Shown here in pieces: positions 15,032 through 27,400 of a DNA stretch of 64,000 nucleotides. Below the pieces are notes generated by a model. It made no database searches. It was not told the origin of the DNA and saw only the letters and a program-made list of their open reading frames with translations. Location of the stretch: assembly GCA_013115145.1 (NCBI GenBank), contig JAAPAO010000134.1, positions 1 to 64,000 on the forward strand. Direction: 5' to 3'. Each line of letters starts with the position of its first letter. Within the stretch, counting starts at the first letter, position 1. Origin of the DNA: Perkinsus chesapeaki ATCC PRA-425. Taxonomy: Eukaryota > Protista > Perkinsozoa. Made by a program: the position numbers and the translations under genes.

Positions 15032-15570
15032 TTCACATGAAAGATTGAACCACGTTCACTATAAACGAAGAAAAACGTTTTCATAAGATTTTTTCATCAG
15101 AAATTGCGCAAAACTTTTTCTACGGAATCTTCTTGGAGCGTCACCTTTCAAGATACTTACCCGAATTAATCGACACAACAGTAGACGCCAACCATCAATA
15201 GATGATCGGTTCACTGAATACTGAATATTTTCGGTATCAGCCGCGCGGGCAGAACTCTCCTGCGTAGAACTGCCAGAAGGTCCAACTAATAAGCTGCTCT
15301 TTATGCGGTCAGCATTAACTATTAAGTATCGGTGTTATTAATGTACACCATATACTCTACAGGTAATGACCAGCACCCGTCCCACAGATAGAACTGCCAC
15401 AAGCTCATTGATAACTGACCAAGAACACAACACTTTGTCAACCTCACGGTAAGTATAGGAAATTCTAAACATTCTCATCTTTATAACATTGATAGTAGCA
15501 GACATTGAAAAAACAACGGTGACCAGCAACTATTATAACCAATCTGCTATCATTGTATAATATAAATTAC

Positions 15571-17287
15571 TTATAGCTGACCACCGTGAGCACCATCACC
15601 AGGCGCAACGGCAATAGTATCGCACTTGATACCGCTGGCCTTCTGGTACTTATCGGCAACCTCTTTACAGAAATCATCAACCTTATCAGCTTCTACAAGA
15701 TTAATGGTGCAACCACCGAAACCGCCGCCCATCAAACGAGCTCCCAGGAATCCTGGGCACCCCTGAGCTTGATCGAACATGATATCCAGCTCCTTGCAAG
15801 AGTTGCCGAAATCGTCACGACTAGAGACATGAGACTCGTTCATGAGCTGGCCGAACTTCTTCATGTCCTTCTTGGCAATGGCATCCATGGCCTCAGCCAC
15901 ACGCGTGTTCTCGCCGACGATGTGATTGGCTCTCTTGCGATCGTCCTCGGACAAGCTGGACTTCTTCTCCTCGTAGGTCTTAGCATCGATATCTCTCAAG
16001 AAGGGAACACCAAGAGCCTTGGCGGCATCGAAACAGCACTTCCTGAGCTCGTTGTATTTACCATCTACCAGCTGGTGAGGAGCGTGAGTGTTGCAGAGAA
16101 CGAAACGAACGTCATCTGAAGAAAGGAAGAATCTGTGGGATAATAGACGGTAATTGAGATGTTAGTGAGCTTTTACCGACCACCCCTACAACCTATGAGC
16201 CAAGTAGCTAAACTTCATAAGACCACGGTGAACCAGAAAAATTCGATCAAATCGCTGGCTGTTGCTGGAAAGCTGAAAAATGGAGGAGAGAATATACTCA
16301 CCTTGCAGAGGGACATAATCGCAGCTGTTATCACGGCAATCGAGATGAACCAACTGACCACTCTTGCCGAATGCTGAAGTATACTGGTCAAGAATTCCAC
16401 AACCCATACCAACAAAGTTATTCCTAAAATAAAGAAATTGCGAACCACAAGCGGTTAGCTAGCTTACTCGGCACTCTTACAAGCCAAAACGACATCAAGA
16501 AGCTTGGCCTTGTAGAGCTTGCTCTCGGGACCATCCAATTCACGGATGAGATTGGCGGTGGCGAGCTCGATGGCAGCCGAGGAGGAAACACCGGCACCTG
16601 AAAAGGCAGACGATAAGACTGGCTATGACTCATAGCCTATGAGCCTTCCTAAAGACCGTTCAGTAAGTGCCTTCAAGCGAGTAGCCACAGTAGGCGAAAA
16701 TTCCAAGTACTACACCGAAGGTTCGTCTAATATTGCCAGATATCAAAACAGAAGAAATTGAGTTACAATTTCAGCCAGTGAAAGAGCAAAACGAACGGCG
16801 CATCAACATTCCAAATTGCCGAAATATCTCTCCTACTCACCAACAGGGACATTAGAGTGAATGCAAGCCTGGAATGCTGGTACTTCATAACCAGCTTTCC
16901 TCAACTCAACAATGACACCCTTGGAGTAGTTCGCCCAGGAGTTCTCTCCCTCGTATTTAGTATCGTCGTTGAGGTCGAACTCAACTACGTTCTTGAAGGC
17001 AGTGCTGTAGAGGCGCACCTTGTCATCAGGTGACTTAGCGCCGACGACAACGGTGTAACGATCGATGGCAGCCGACAGTACGAAACCCTCATTGTAATCG
17101 GTATGATTGCCGAGAATCTCAATACGGCCTGAGGGACAGAAAATGCCAAGACAGATATGTGAAGATCATTCCTACCTGGAGCGGCACCGAAGGCAGTTGG
17201 CTCGGAACCGAACTTCTCAGTGTAGTCCTTAACAGCAACCTCGATAAGTGAGGCAGCGGGAGTCTTTGGGGTACTGGTCATTCCCAT
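15571..17287 (-). CDS. galK: Galactokinase (5 exons)
   Basis: APG|RIEILGNHTDYNEGFVL, VPVG|AGVSSSAAIE, CGILDQY and GARLMGGGFGGCTINLV. GT-AG introns restore the frame. Confidence 0.95.
16622..16643. repeat. 22-bp 7/8rc/7 footprint (8-mer GCTATGAG)
   Basis: GCTATGA-CTCATAGC-CTATGAG, in a galK intron. Confidence 0.9.
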
Positions 17288-17584
17288 AATAATATTAGTT
17301 TATAACAACAATAAAATCACTAATGGACAATAATAATAATATAACAAATAAGATAATAGTAGTGGGAAGGGGGACAGAGGATTTAATGTGTACGAGAGAA
17401 CTAAGAGCGGATAATAATGATATAACTAAGTACGACTATGCCAACAATGACAAAAGCAGACATACCAAACCACTTTCAACAGTGTTCGCGCTAGTCACTA
17501 AGCGCGATAGGGACAGCTAGCCTACAATTCCGACACAAAATGACGATGAATTCTCGTCGCTCATGCGGAAGTTGAACTGTGTTA

Positions 17585-17635
17585 TTCGATTGCTTCCCCC
17601 CCACAAAAGCTGCGACTCTACCAACTGCAGCTCCC
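17585..17635 (-). pseudogene. Possible tRNA-derived relic (A-box half)
   Basis: Minus strand AGCTGCAGTTGGTAGAG is close to the D-arm/A-box AGCTCAGTTGGTAGAG. There is no convincing T-arm. Confidence 0.3.
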
Positions 17636-17984
17636 ATTAAGAAAAATTTGAGTATGCGGTACGTTCAGTTATCCGGCTTCACCGAATCAATGCGACAAAA
17701 CTTCTCTCAAGTCTTCTACGTTTATAACACAATGAAAACGGCCTAGTCGCTTTTCGTGGTGCTGATTAAGCTTAAATGCTACGTGCACGCGTACACCTTA
17801 GATACCAGACTATGCTAAACAGAATAGACACCAATCGAATTCAATTTCCAGAGACCATCTTTCTATTAAATTGCACACAACCGGAGACAACGGAGACATC
17901 TTAGGGCTCTTAATCTAGCTTGCTTAGCGCTGACCTGCCAGAATCTTCTTCACGACGATGGGTGCCTCAAGACACTCTCAACAT

Positions 17985-18056
17985 GGCTGTGTGGTCTAGT
18001 GGTATGATTCTCGCTTAGGGTGCGAGAGGTCCCGAGTTCAATTCACGGCACAGCCC
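17985..18056 (+). tRNA. tRNA-Pro (AGG)
   Basis: 72-nt cloverleaf with GGCTGTG/CACAGCC acceptor, CTCGC-TTAGGGT-GCGAG anticodon arm and GTTCAATT T-loop, followed by a T run. One A-A mismatch in the T-stem. Confidence 0.9.
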
Positions 18057-18553
18057 ATTTATACACAACACTTGATAGTGAGAAACGTCCCTCCCTCCAT
18101 CTTTGCATTAAATTGTCACAAATCTGATATCAATAATTCGCTCATACGATCTCCTGTGTCACCAGCAACTAAACAGAGTGTAAATAAACTTCCTTGAACG
18201 AGCCTCCTGAATGCCACTAGGGTGTTATCGCCTACCAAAGCGACCCAAATGCGCTCTAACGAACCCAGTCAGTCGGAAAACCACCAGTCTCTCCCAGCGA
18301 AGACGTCACTTTCCCTTCTAGACGCCACAGCGTCCCTGTCTCTACTCTTCACTTTACAAAACAAGTCGTTTTATTATATTCCCTCCACTATTTTCCTTTA
18401 TACCCCCCCATCAACACATCTAGTTGGTGTTGACAAACAATGCGCAAATGCCTCCAAACCAATGACCAAAATGTTGAACTTGAAAAATATGATGGAGAGC
18501 TCAGACAGTATTTTCCGGGAAAATTTCAGAGCCAAGCGAGTTGAGCTTTCCAA

Positions 18554-21105
18554 CTAGCGAAGGCATTCGCACACTGAACGATCTCTCCCTTTTACCCTCG
18601 AATGCTCCTGTAACGCATCACTCGAGGTATCTGTCCCAAATGGACACAATGCCATCATACCAAACTTCCAATGCTGAATGCCAAATGGTATACCAATAAT
18701 AGTAATGAAACAGACTAATCCCACTGACACAAAAATAACAAATGGTATAGCAAGTGCTTCTATCGCCGACCATTATAAGCACACAAATTCGGGATAATAA
18801 TCAAGTACACGAAGATAAGTAATTTTATTAGTTATCAACAACTACTGCAACTACGAGCATCAACCGATTAGTAAGGACATATTTCTACATGTCGCCTACT
18901 GCATCGCTCATTCGCTGATACCCGATCACTTTTCATATGAGCACGCAAATCGCCCAATCGTCTCCAGCTCTGCTATTACAGGCAAAATGGTAAATACAGA
19001 GCACCAGCCCTAATGGGAACCACAGAATATTGGCCACCATTCTTGTAGTGCATTCGCAGGTATCAACTGCATTACGACGCAATACTGTTTTGCCGAATGG
19101 TAAAAGTATCTAAAAGTCAAATTACCGTTGTAATGGTTGTAGTACAATTTCGGCAAATTTCCGGAAACCCACAAATTTCACTTATACTTGTCCGAGCTCC
19201 CTAAAGGACTGAGACAGACAGAACCGGAAGCCTGCTATTTAATCATCGAACTCGTTAATAAAAGACTCGATCGTTCTTTTGTCCAAGAAAATAACATTTT
19301 GAAAAGATCTCCAAGATCATTATTACTCCAAACCTTGAGGCGCCCTAAACTCGTAGATTAACTTATCAAATTTCTTGTGATAAGCTATATGCCGAGCACC
19401 CATGATAAAGCACTACGCTGCAAAAGCTGGAATAAGATACGATTGTGAAGGGGATACAATTGACGAAACAAACAGGCAACCTTCACGACTATGTGAAGAT
19501 TGCTTTGTTGCTCATATGAATATGGATGTGTTGTTGTTAATGTATATTACTGAGTTGTATAATAATATTGTGATCCCCCTTTACTACCAGCCACCCCAGT
19601 TTAAAGCACTGCAATCCGAAAGGTATGCCCACAATAGTGATGCAACACACTATTCCGATAACCACCCCTAAAATAATAAATATCATAATTATAGTATTAT
19701 TAATAATATAAATCTGCATCAAAATGCACATAAAAAGTGTTTTGGGTGTTCGGATTCGGCAAATTGGATCCCATGATAAGAGACCTTTCTAAGAAACTAA
19801 GTCAAAACTAGTCATACTTGAGATATGAATCGATTGCCACGAAGCGCGCGGTCTAGATGACGCGTACTGTACTATACAAGAAACTGAAAACCTGCAATAG
19901 TTTAGCAATCGAGCAGCAGCCTTTAATAGTCTCCTAATGAGATTGATATTCATATGCAACTTCGATAATGGACGTACTATTGGCTGTGGTAAATCAAACT
20001 ATCGCCCTTGGAACTCATAAGTGTACAAGGTGTATGAGATGGCTCATTGTAGTGACACTTTTTCACCTTTTATACATTATTACGAATCATTTAAATGGTA
20101 TTATTAATATTCATCACAAACTAACAATTATTTCATGATATTACGATGTGAGATTGGTAACGATACGATTGATATATCAATAATATATATATGCTTTGCT
20201 TTGTAGTTATACAACCCTAGCGAGCTCCGCCCCTTCGCACCGAAGACCTAGTAATATATATGACACTAGATAGTTATCACTGTCATGGAAAACGATATAA
20301 AACAGCGCCGAATCTATTACCAACTAATCCAGTAGTAACTATTAATAGTATTACATATTAAAAAGCTTTCCCAACCAAATAAAACCAGCCACAGGAGATT
20401 ACAGGACCAATCACCACACCCTCTGCCATCCACTATATGATACGTTCGAATGGTCTGAACCTAAAAAACCATCAACATGAATCCTTTATCCCTTCGCATG
20501 CCATTCTTATTTTCTTTAAAGTTCAACTCGCCTCCTCACTATTCACCAAGTTATGACGTTAATACAGAGCAACCGAGAATTACATAATTTTTGAGCAATA
20601 ACAACATTACACGTATAATAGTATGTACCATAAAAAGGTAGTAGATTAGCAAACGTAAGGTATCAGTAATGAAAAGTTCAACTCACCATTTCAACCTACA
20701 CAGAGATAAGTCAAACGCCTGTAAGAGGCATTCTGCAATGCAAAATATAACTGATAGAGAAAGACAGAAAAGTGACGTATAGATACAGTTGATAATAAAT
20801 ACCTGTTTTCTACGATAAGCGAAATAATAAAATTACCCTCCACACACTCGTTTGTCAAAACCGCCCGAGCTCCGCCAACTCCCGGAGAAGGTCCAGTGAC
20901 TACCACCTTACCCTTGTAACAGTATTAGGGACATAGTACGTCAATACTAACAATATTTTGCACTTGATATAATAAGTAGAGAACGCCGAAGAAGTTATGT
21001 AATTACTAACAAGATTCTGTGTCATAACCGCCTTACCCTTGTGACTGTATTGGGAGCATAATATGGATTTCGAGGGGGTGGCGGCGCTTGGACTTGAGGA
21101 TACAT
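18554..21105 (-). CDS. Membrane protein with two YccF (inner-membrane component) repeats and a Pro-rich N-terminus
   Basis: Exons read CNLLWLVLFGWES, CCITIVGIPFGLQCFKLG, VANILWFPLG and CFITIIGIPFGIQHWKFG. Stop at 18554-18556; the start is approximate. Confidence 0.75.
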
Positions 21106-22052
21106 CAAGTAGAACAACAAAATAGCTCTACACTAGAACCTCGTTAACTGATACAGATGTTCCCAGACTGTTACCAGCCTCCACTTGTTTGGATTGGGAC
21201 CCTACAATACCACTATACCAGTTGTATTAAGTTGGCTATCAACGCCCCGACTATATCAGTAATATATTAATTAACCAAAACGAATAGCACCACGATTTGG
21301 AGACTCCTAACAGTGTTAGGAGTTGGTCTGTTAGGCTAAGACCATAGAAACAGACCAAGTCGATCAAACCAGGGCCTTAAATCGCCTCACAAGAACCTGT
21401 TGCTTGTTAAGGAAAAATTGTTGAAATTTTGCGAGACCAAAAACCAAATATAAATATATTTCCTGCTCTACCACTCCCTCAACAATAATATAAACAAAAC
21501 GAATATGATAATACAACGATAAACATTACACTACAGGAAATAATCGAATCATTCGATATATAACATCTTATATGATAAAATACTTATCGAAATAACAACA
21601 TTACCACACTACATATCCAACATACCCTGTACAGTATGGTGGGCATGTAGTGTTGTATACATACCAGTCGTATACTACATACTGTATATACATACTGTAT
21701 ATACATACATACATAATACAATTCCCACTCAACATGACCAGAATCAAGTCACATGCTGACCGGTCGAAAAAATTAACGAAACAAAGTGAACCCACGAAAG
21801 GTGAAGTAAATAAATAATACTATCACACTAATATGAATTAAATCTTTTAAATGTATGCCTTTCAAAACTCACTGTTAACCGCTCAACCACGATGTAATAA
21901 GTGCGGATGTCAAAAATTCCTCATCCGTCACACCTCCGTATTACCAACACTTTTCGATCCCCGAAGAACATGTTTCCATTTCCCCATTAATTAATAAACC
22001 CAAGCCATTTCCAATCCGCGAAAATCATCCCATCAACGCTGTTTTTACGTTA

Positions 22053-23590
22053 TTACGCAGCAGCACTATTGCTAGCTGCGTGCATCAACGTGATATTATC
22101 ACCCTTAAGTAGAATCCTCCCTACAGGGCGACGAGTCTTCTTTTTAGTGTTCACCTACATCAACAAAAAATTCATATTTTCAATAACTTTTTCGACAAAG
22201 TGTTTTTGATCAACCTAGACTCGATTGTCCAGTATAACATGAGTCGCATTGAGCCACTGTTTTCCGAACAAACAAAACGAAATCTTACGAATTAATCACT
22301 CCAATATAGCTCGTTTGACGGATTGCAAATGATTATTAATCTAATAACTTCATATTTCTTCTTTCATTTCCTATAGTGCTCAATATTTACAGGATTACTT
22401 TCGATGATCCCCCATATTCATAACGAACTGCGAAATATACCGGCCCCATGTATTAATCTAAACTAACACGCTGCTAGCCTTCAGCAGCTATCACCAAGTC
22501 ACAAGAATGGCGAATCGAAAGGTATATAACAGTCAAATCTCGAAGGAATTGCTCTTTCGCCAATCCCCAAATAGTTGTGACAGTCCACTGTCGCAACTGA
22601 ATTGGACGTTGAGAAGTATAATCCTTGAATAGTACATACTGTGAAATATAATAAACTAAAATTTATAAATATTATACTTTTGAGTAGCTAGAATTAGTTC
22701 ATGGTATTATCATTTTTTGAAAGCATTTCTCCATTTCCCTTATAACCTCCTCAGCATCATCCAACACCACATTCATATACTCATCAAAACCGAGAATGAC
22801 GCCTTCCATGCGGAGGTCCTTATGGTCATATCTGAGGGAAATACGGTATGAAAAGACTACCATATGCCGTCATTCCGATGCATTTACCAACAATGCTAAT
22901 ATGAATTAAAGCATATACAGTATCCTTATACTGCAAATAATACGAGTACGTTGACAAAACAAGCAAGCCATCAACCTCAAATGTGCAAGACAAACGGTGC
23001 GATAATTTATATTCAATATCAATACTATATAATAAGATTACATCAATAAAAAATATTATGGCATATAATAATAAAATACTAATAGAAAATACTATATTAT
23101 AATAATTAATAGGAAATATCTATATTATAAAATATTAATAGAAAATATCTATATTATAAAATATTAATAGAAAGTATTTATATTATAAAATATTAATAGG
23201 AAATACTATATTATAATAATTAATACGAAATATCTGTATTATAAAATATTAATAGGAAATACTATATTATAATAATTAATACGAAATATCTGTATTATGA
23301 AATATTAATAGGAAATATTTATATTATAATAATTAATAGGAAATATCTATATTATGAAATATTAATAGGAAATATCTGTATTATAAAATATTAATAGGAA
23401 ATATCTATATTATAAAGTTTAGCCAAAAATAGCCTCTCCCTCGTATCATTACAGCCAAACCACAATCCTCGTCTTTTCAGTAAGATACCTAATAAAATCG
23501 ATCATTATTTTAACAACGGAAAATGTACTACCTGAAAATAAGATTGATAGGCATGGTCATGATCTTTTGGAGCTTCCTTTTGGACATCAT
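22053..23590 (-). CDS. SNRPE: Small nuclear ribonucleoprotein E (4 exons)
   Basis: [20 protein letters not shown]|[12 protein letters not shown]|[28 protein letters not shown]|[24 protein letters not shown]: Sm1 and Sm2 motifs. Confidence 0.95.
23045..23416. repeat. AT-rich minisatellite (about 27-28 bp units) in SmE intron 2
   Basis: Alternating variants such as AATAGGAAATATCTATATTATAAAATATT and AATAGGAAATACTATATTATAATAATT. Confidence 0.9.
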
Positions 23591-23645
23591 CTTTAATAAG
23601 GGGTAATCACAAAAGAAGACAACTCTACAACAAAAGTTCGTACCG

Positions 23646-23743
23646 NNNNNNNNNNNNNNNNNNNNNNNNNNNNNNNNNNNNNNNNNNNNNNNNNNNNNNN
23701 NNNNNNNNNNNNNNNNNNNNNNNNNNNNNNNNNNNNNNNNNNN
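23646..23743. other. Assembly gap (N run)
   Basis: Run of Ns. Confidence 1.
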
Positions 23744-23744
23744 A

Positions 23745-23862
23745 GCTCCTTTATAAACTAATATTAAAATGCTATAATATCTCATACCGCTCCTTTATAA
23801 ACTAATATTAAAATGCTATAATATCTCATACCGCTCCTTTATAAACTAATATTAAAATGCTA
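23745..23862. repeat. 44-bp tandem repeat, about 2.7 copies, abutting the gap
   Basis: Unit GCTCCTTTATAAACTAATATTAAAATGCTATAATATCTCATACC. Confidence 0.9.
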
Positions 23863-24483
23863 CACTATGCTATAAAGGTAGACATATTAGTCTCCCTTAC
23901 AAAAGCTATACGAGACAATTATCATAAGCAAAATAATAAATAAAAGGACAATATATAATACTATTGATAAACAACCAAACGACCTGCTCCACAAACGTCA
24001 GGACTTCGCCACCAACTACTGTTCACATTTACCAAGTATACTGTTTTCGCAACCAAAAATAACTCTTGATCATATTACATTAGCAGTAGTAAACTACTTC
24101 ATAAAAATATACAATAAAAAAGTATTTATTATATTATTATGCATTTTCGAATCGTTATCAAATACTACTAAAAATAACAAACCATTCGTGACCAATAAGC
24201 AACTAAACATCTTCTGCCGAAGGTAATCAAATTTGACCCCATGTCGGAGAGAAATACGACACAGCTTCTTAAAGAAATTCAACAGCTGGCAATCGACTCG
24301 CCCAGTTCTAAGCATACGTCGAGAAATCGATACCTCTCCGACGGGTCTATGGGATTTCTGTGAACGAGACAATCGATCATCAGCGCAGGAAAAAAACCGC
24401 GCGCCCAAAAATATAAAAAACGCAACCAAAACTGAGAGTAATAATGATACGATAATTATTATTGAAATGTGAGAAAGGTGTGA

Positions 24484-27400
24484 TTAGTCATCATCTGGCG
24501 TGGTAAGGCTCCACACCTCCACATCTTGAATGATAAAGTCTTCGCTTGATGCTAGTGGGTCGGAGTTATAAGTTAGGCAGTGACCGGTGGAGCCCTGAGG
24601 TCGATAAACAATGTAAAATGTCGTAAACTGCTGCGCGTGTTTCAACAATATTTTTTTATTTGTTCGGTATGCAATCTTATTAGAGACCATTCCATTAGAA
24701 CAACTCGGCTCATCGATTCTATCAAGATACCTCTCTAATAAAATCGTATCGCTTGTTTGACTGTCATTATAGTCCCACTTAAGTACGAAAATGCACCCCG
24801 TGGGTGCGCGGAAATGCACATGGCAAATTTGATAACAGCTCGTAGTTATAAGTATCACTATTACTACTAATAATTTTACATATTATCATTAGTTAACCTA
24901 ATCATATTTTTATATCTTCATGTTTGTTGCATACTAAAAGAGTCTCTTGGCGTGTACTAAAATAACACGTCAGGGAAGGGACGCAGCACCATCACACTAG
25001 TGCTTCTGCCCCTGACTAAAACGTCCCAACGTCGCCCACTACTGTTGAGCAACAACCCAGCACGCGCCCTTTTGAAGACCTTCCGGATTCCACGACAAGA
25101 CACACTTCCAAGGTACATAGGAGGATCAAATAAAAGCTCAATTCCGAAATAAACCAACAAGTGCGAGTTACAGTTGCACAAAAATTCATACTTTTAGATT
25201 AAACAATAATAGTAATAATTTAGCAGGATTAAAATTTGATTTACCAAAGTGTGCATGGATTAATATTACTAAGGGTGTGGTTGATATTAATTGTCCTGAT
25301 AATGCTATAGGGTCACTTAATAATGTTAAATATCTTGGAAGTGAAACTTATACATATCTGGGTATTCCTCAAAATTTGTTACCGAATAAGGATGAGGTAT
25401 ACAATAATGTTAAAAATATACTTTGCAAACGTATTCAATTGATTTTAAAAGTCAAATTATCTGCAGTTGATACAATTGAAGCAATAAATACATGGGCCAT
25501 ACCAGTTGTTTATTATCCAATCCAAGCTGGATTGTTGGGGAAGAATAATGTTGTTAATTTCGATTGAAAAGTGGAGGTCGTGGATTAATTAATATTGAGG
25601 ATATTTGGATAAAATTTACGATTAAGATTAGTCAATATATAAAGGATAATAATATTATTAATTATATTCCTCATATTAGAACAACTAATCCGCTAAATAA
25701 AACTATTAAAAGAGCGGGGAAAATTAAATCTAATTTTGGATGGAATGTAAATGAAGCTCCTAATAAAAATGATTTTAAATTTGATGAAAATCGGAAACAG
25801 AAACTTTTGGAAATACCGGCAGCAGGTAGTTGGTTAAAGAAAATCGTATGTTTAGGAACAGAAGGTGTTGATGTTGGTTCTTCGTTGAATTGGTTGTCTA
25901 GAGTTAAAATATCTCCTCAGCATGAATCAGGTATATGTGCGCTCAGAACACTATCAATTCATACAAACGCGTTTCCTGTGGCTAAAGAAAATGTTTGGTG
26001 TAGATTGTGTGGCGTTGAAGTTGAAACATTATATCATATAGCATCTTCTTGTAGGACTCTTGCGAACGCAGAATATTTAGATAGGCATAATAGAATTGCT
26101 AGACTAGTATATAGAGCTTGCTGTGAATTGCTTGGTATTGAGTTTCAGGATAGATGGTGGACGACAAGACCACCATGTGTTTCATCAGACAGAGGTAGTT
26201 TATACTGGGACCAGCCGATTCATACCATTCACTCTACTGATCATTATAAACCTGATATTTTATGTGTTCTTGATATTAGAAAAATAGTTATTGTTGCTGA
26301 GATAGCTGTTTCCAATGACTTTGGAGTTATTAGGAAAGAGGAAAATATCAACATACTCTGTTACAAGAGTTAGCATTGTTATATCCGGGGTATTCAATTA
26401 AAATAGTACCAATTGTTATAGGGGTTACTGGAGTTATTTCCAAATCACTGCCGAATGTGTTGAAAAATGCATTTTTATCGGCTGTTGATTTGCTTACATG
26501 TCGACGTGTGGCTAGTACTAGTACTATCCATATCGTTAGACGTGTATTGGGGGGCCCTCCTGTGGGCATATTATAAATAGATGTTATGGTCATACTGTTT
26601 GCTTTTGCCGCAGTATTGATCTGATAGTTGGTAGAATCTATTTTTATCAACTATCATACCAGCTTAGGCTGTGCGTCCGATAATAGTAATAATATCTCCA
26701 ACTATTAGTAATCACAATAATAATCACTTGTCTTTTAACAACAATAATAGTAATGCAAACATTCTCATTTCTAACTCGTGAGTGTCGTCACTTGAAATTT
26801 TATCATGACAGTCAGGAATGTGACGCTAAATCGATCAACCGTTTCATGCCTATCCTGTGAGGCTGTCACGTCGGCTGTCCCCATATATCTTACCCTCAGC
26901 CAGGAATCATAAATGCATATCGCACTCGAGCCGCCTTTGCCACCACCACCAATAACAAGGCGTCCTTCATCACCATACTAAACAGGCAATAACCAACGTC
27001 ACGCGCCACGAAATTGCTACTTGAAAAAACTCATTCTTGCTGCTCCACGGATAAACTGTTACATTTCCTTTTTCGTATCCATGTTTTCCAAAGGTAAACA
27101 CCCAGCTTTCGCCTGAAAAAAGTCACTGCGCCACGAAATTCAATCACACCCTACCGTTGCCGCAAAACTTTCCCGACTTTCTCCACTGGCTCATACACAG
27201 CGCGCCGAACACCGTTCCCTCCGTGTCCTTTATCAGCAAAATTGATGGACAGGGCATACGCTCCATGTGCCTAAAATAGAAAGTAAACCCGCGGACGTTC
27301 GAACCATGAGACGGCCAATTCTGAAATATTCTGAACACGAATTCAATTGAAATTCGCATCAATTCGAATTTGGACAGAGCGCAAAGGTCGAAAAAATCTT

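Noticed and set aside
15586-16119. 177-aa plus-strand ORF
   Set aside because: Antisense shadow of the galK last exon.
23045-23862. Tandem repeats as a possible CRISPR array
   Set aside because: No unique spacers, eukaryotic intron context, and no cas genes.
24600-25181. ORF pieces inside the last TLDc intron
   Set aside because: The TLDc domain joins cleanly across them, and no family is recognised.
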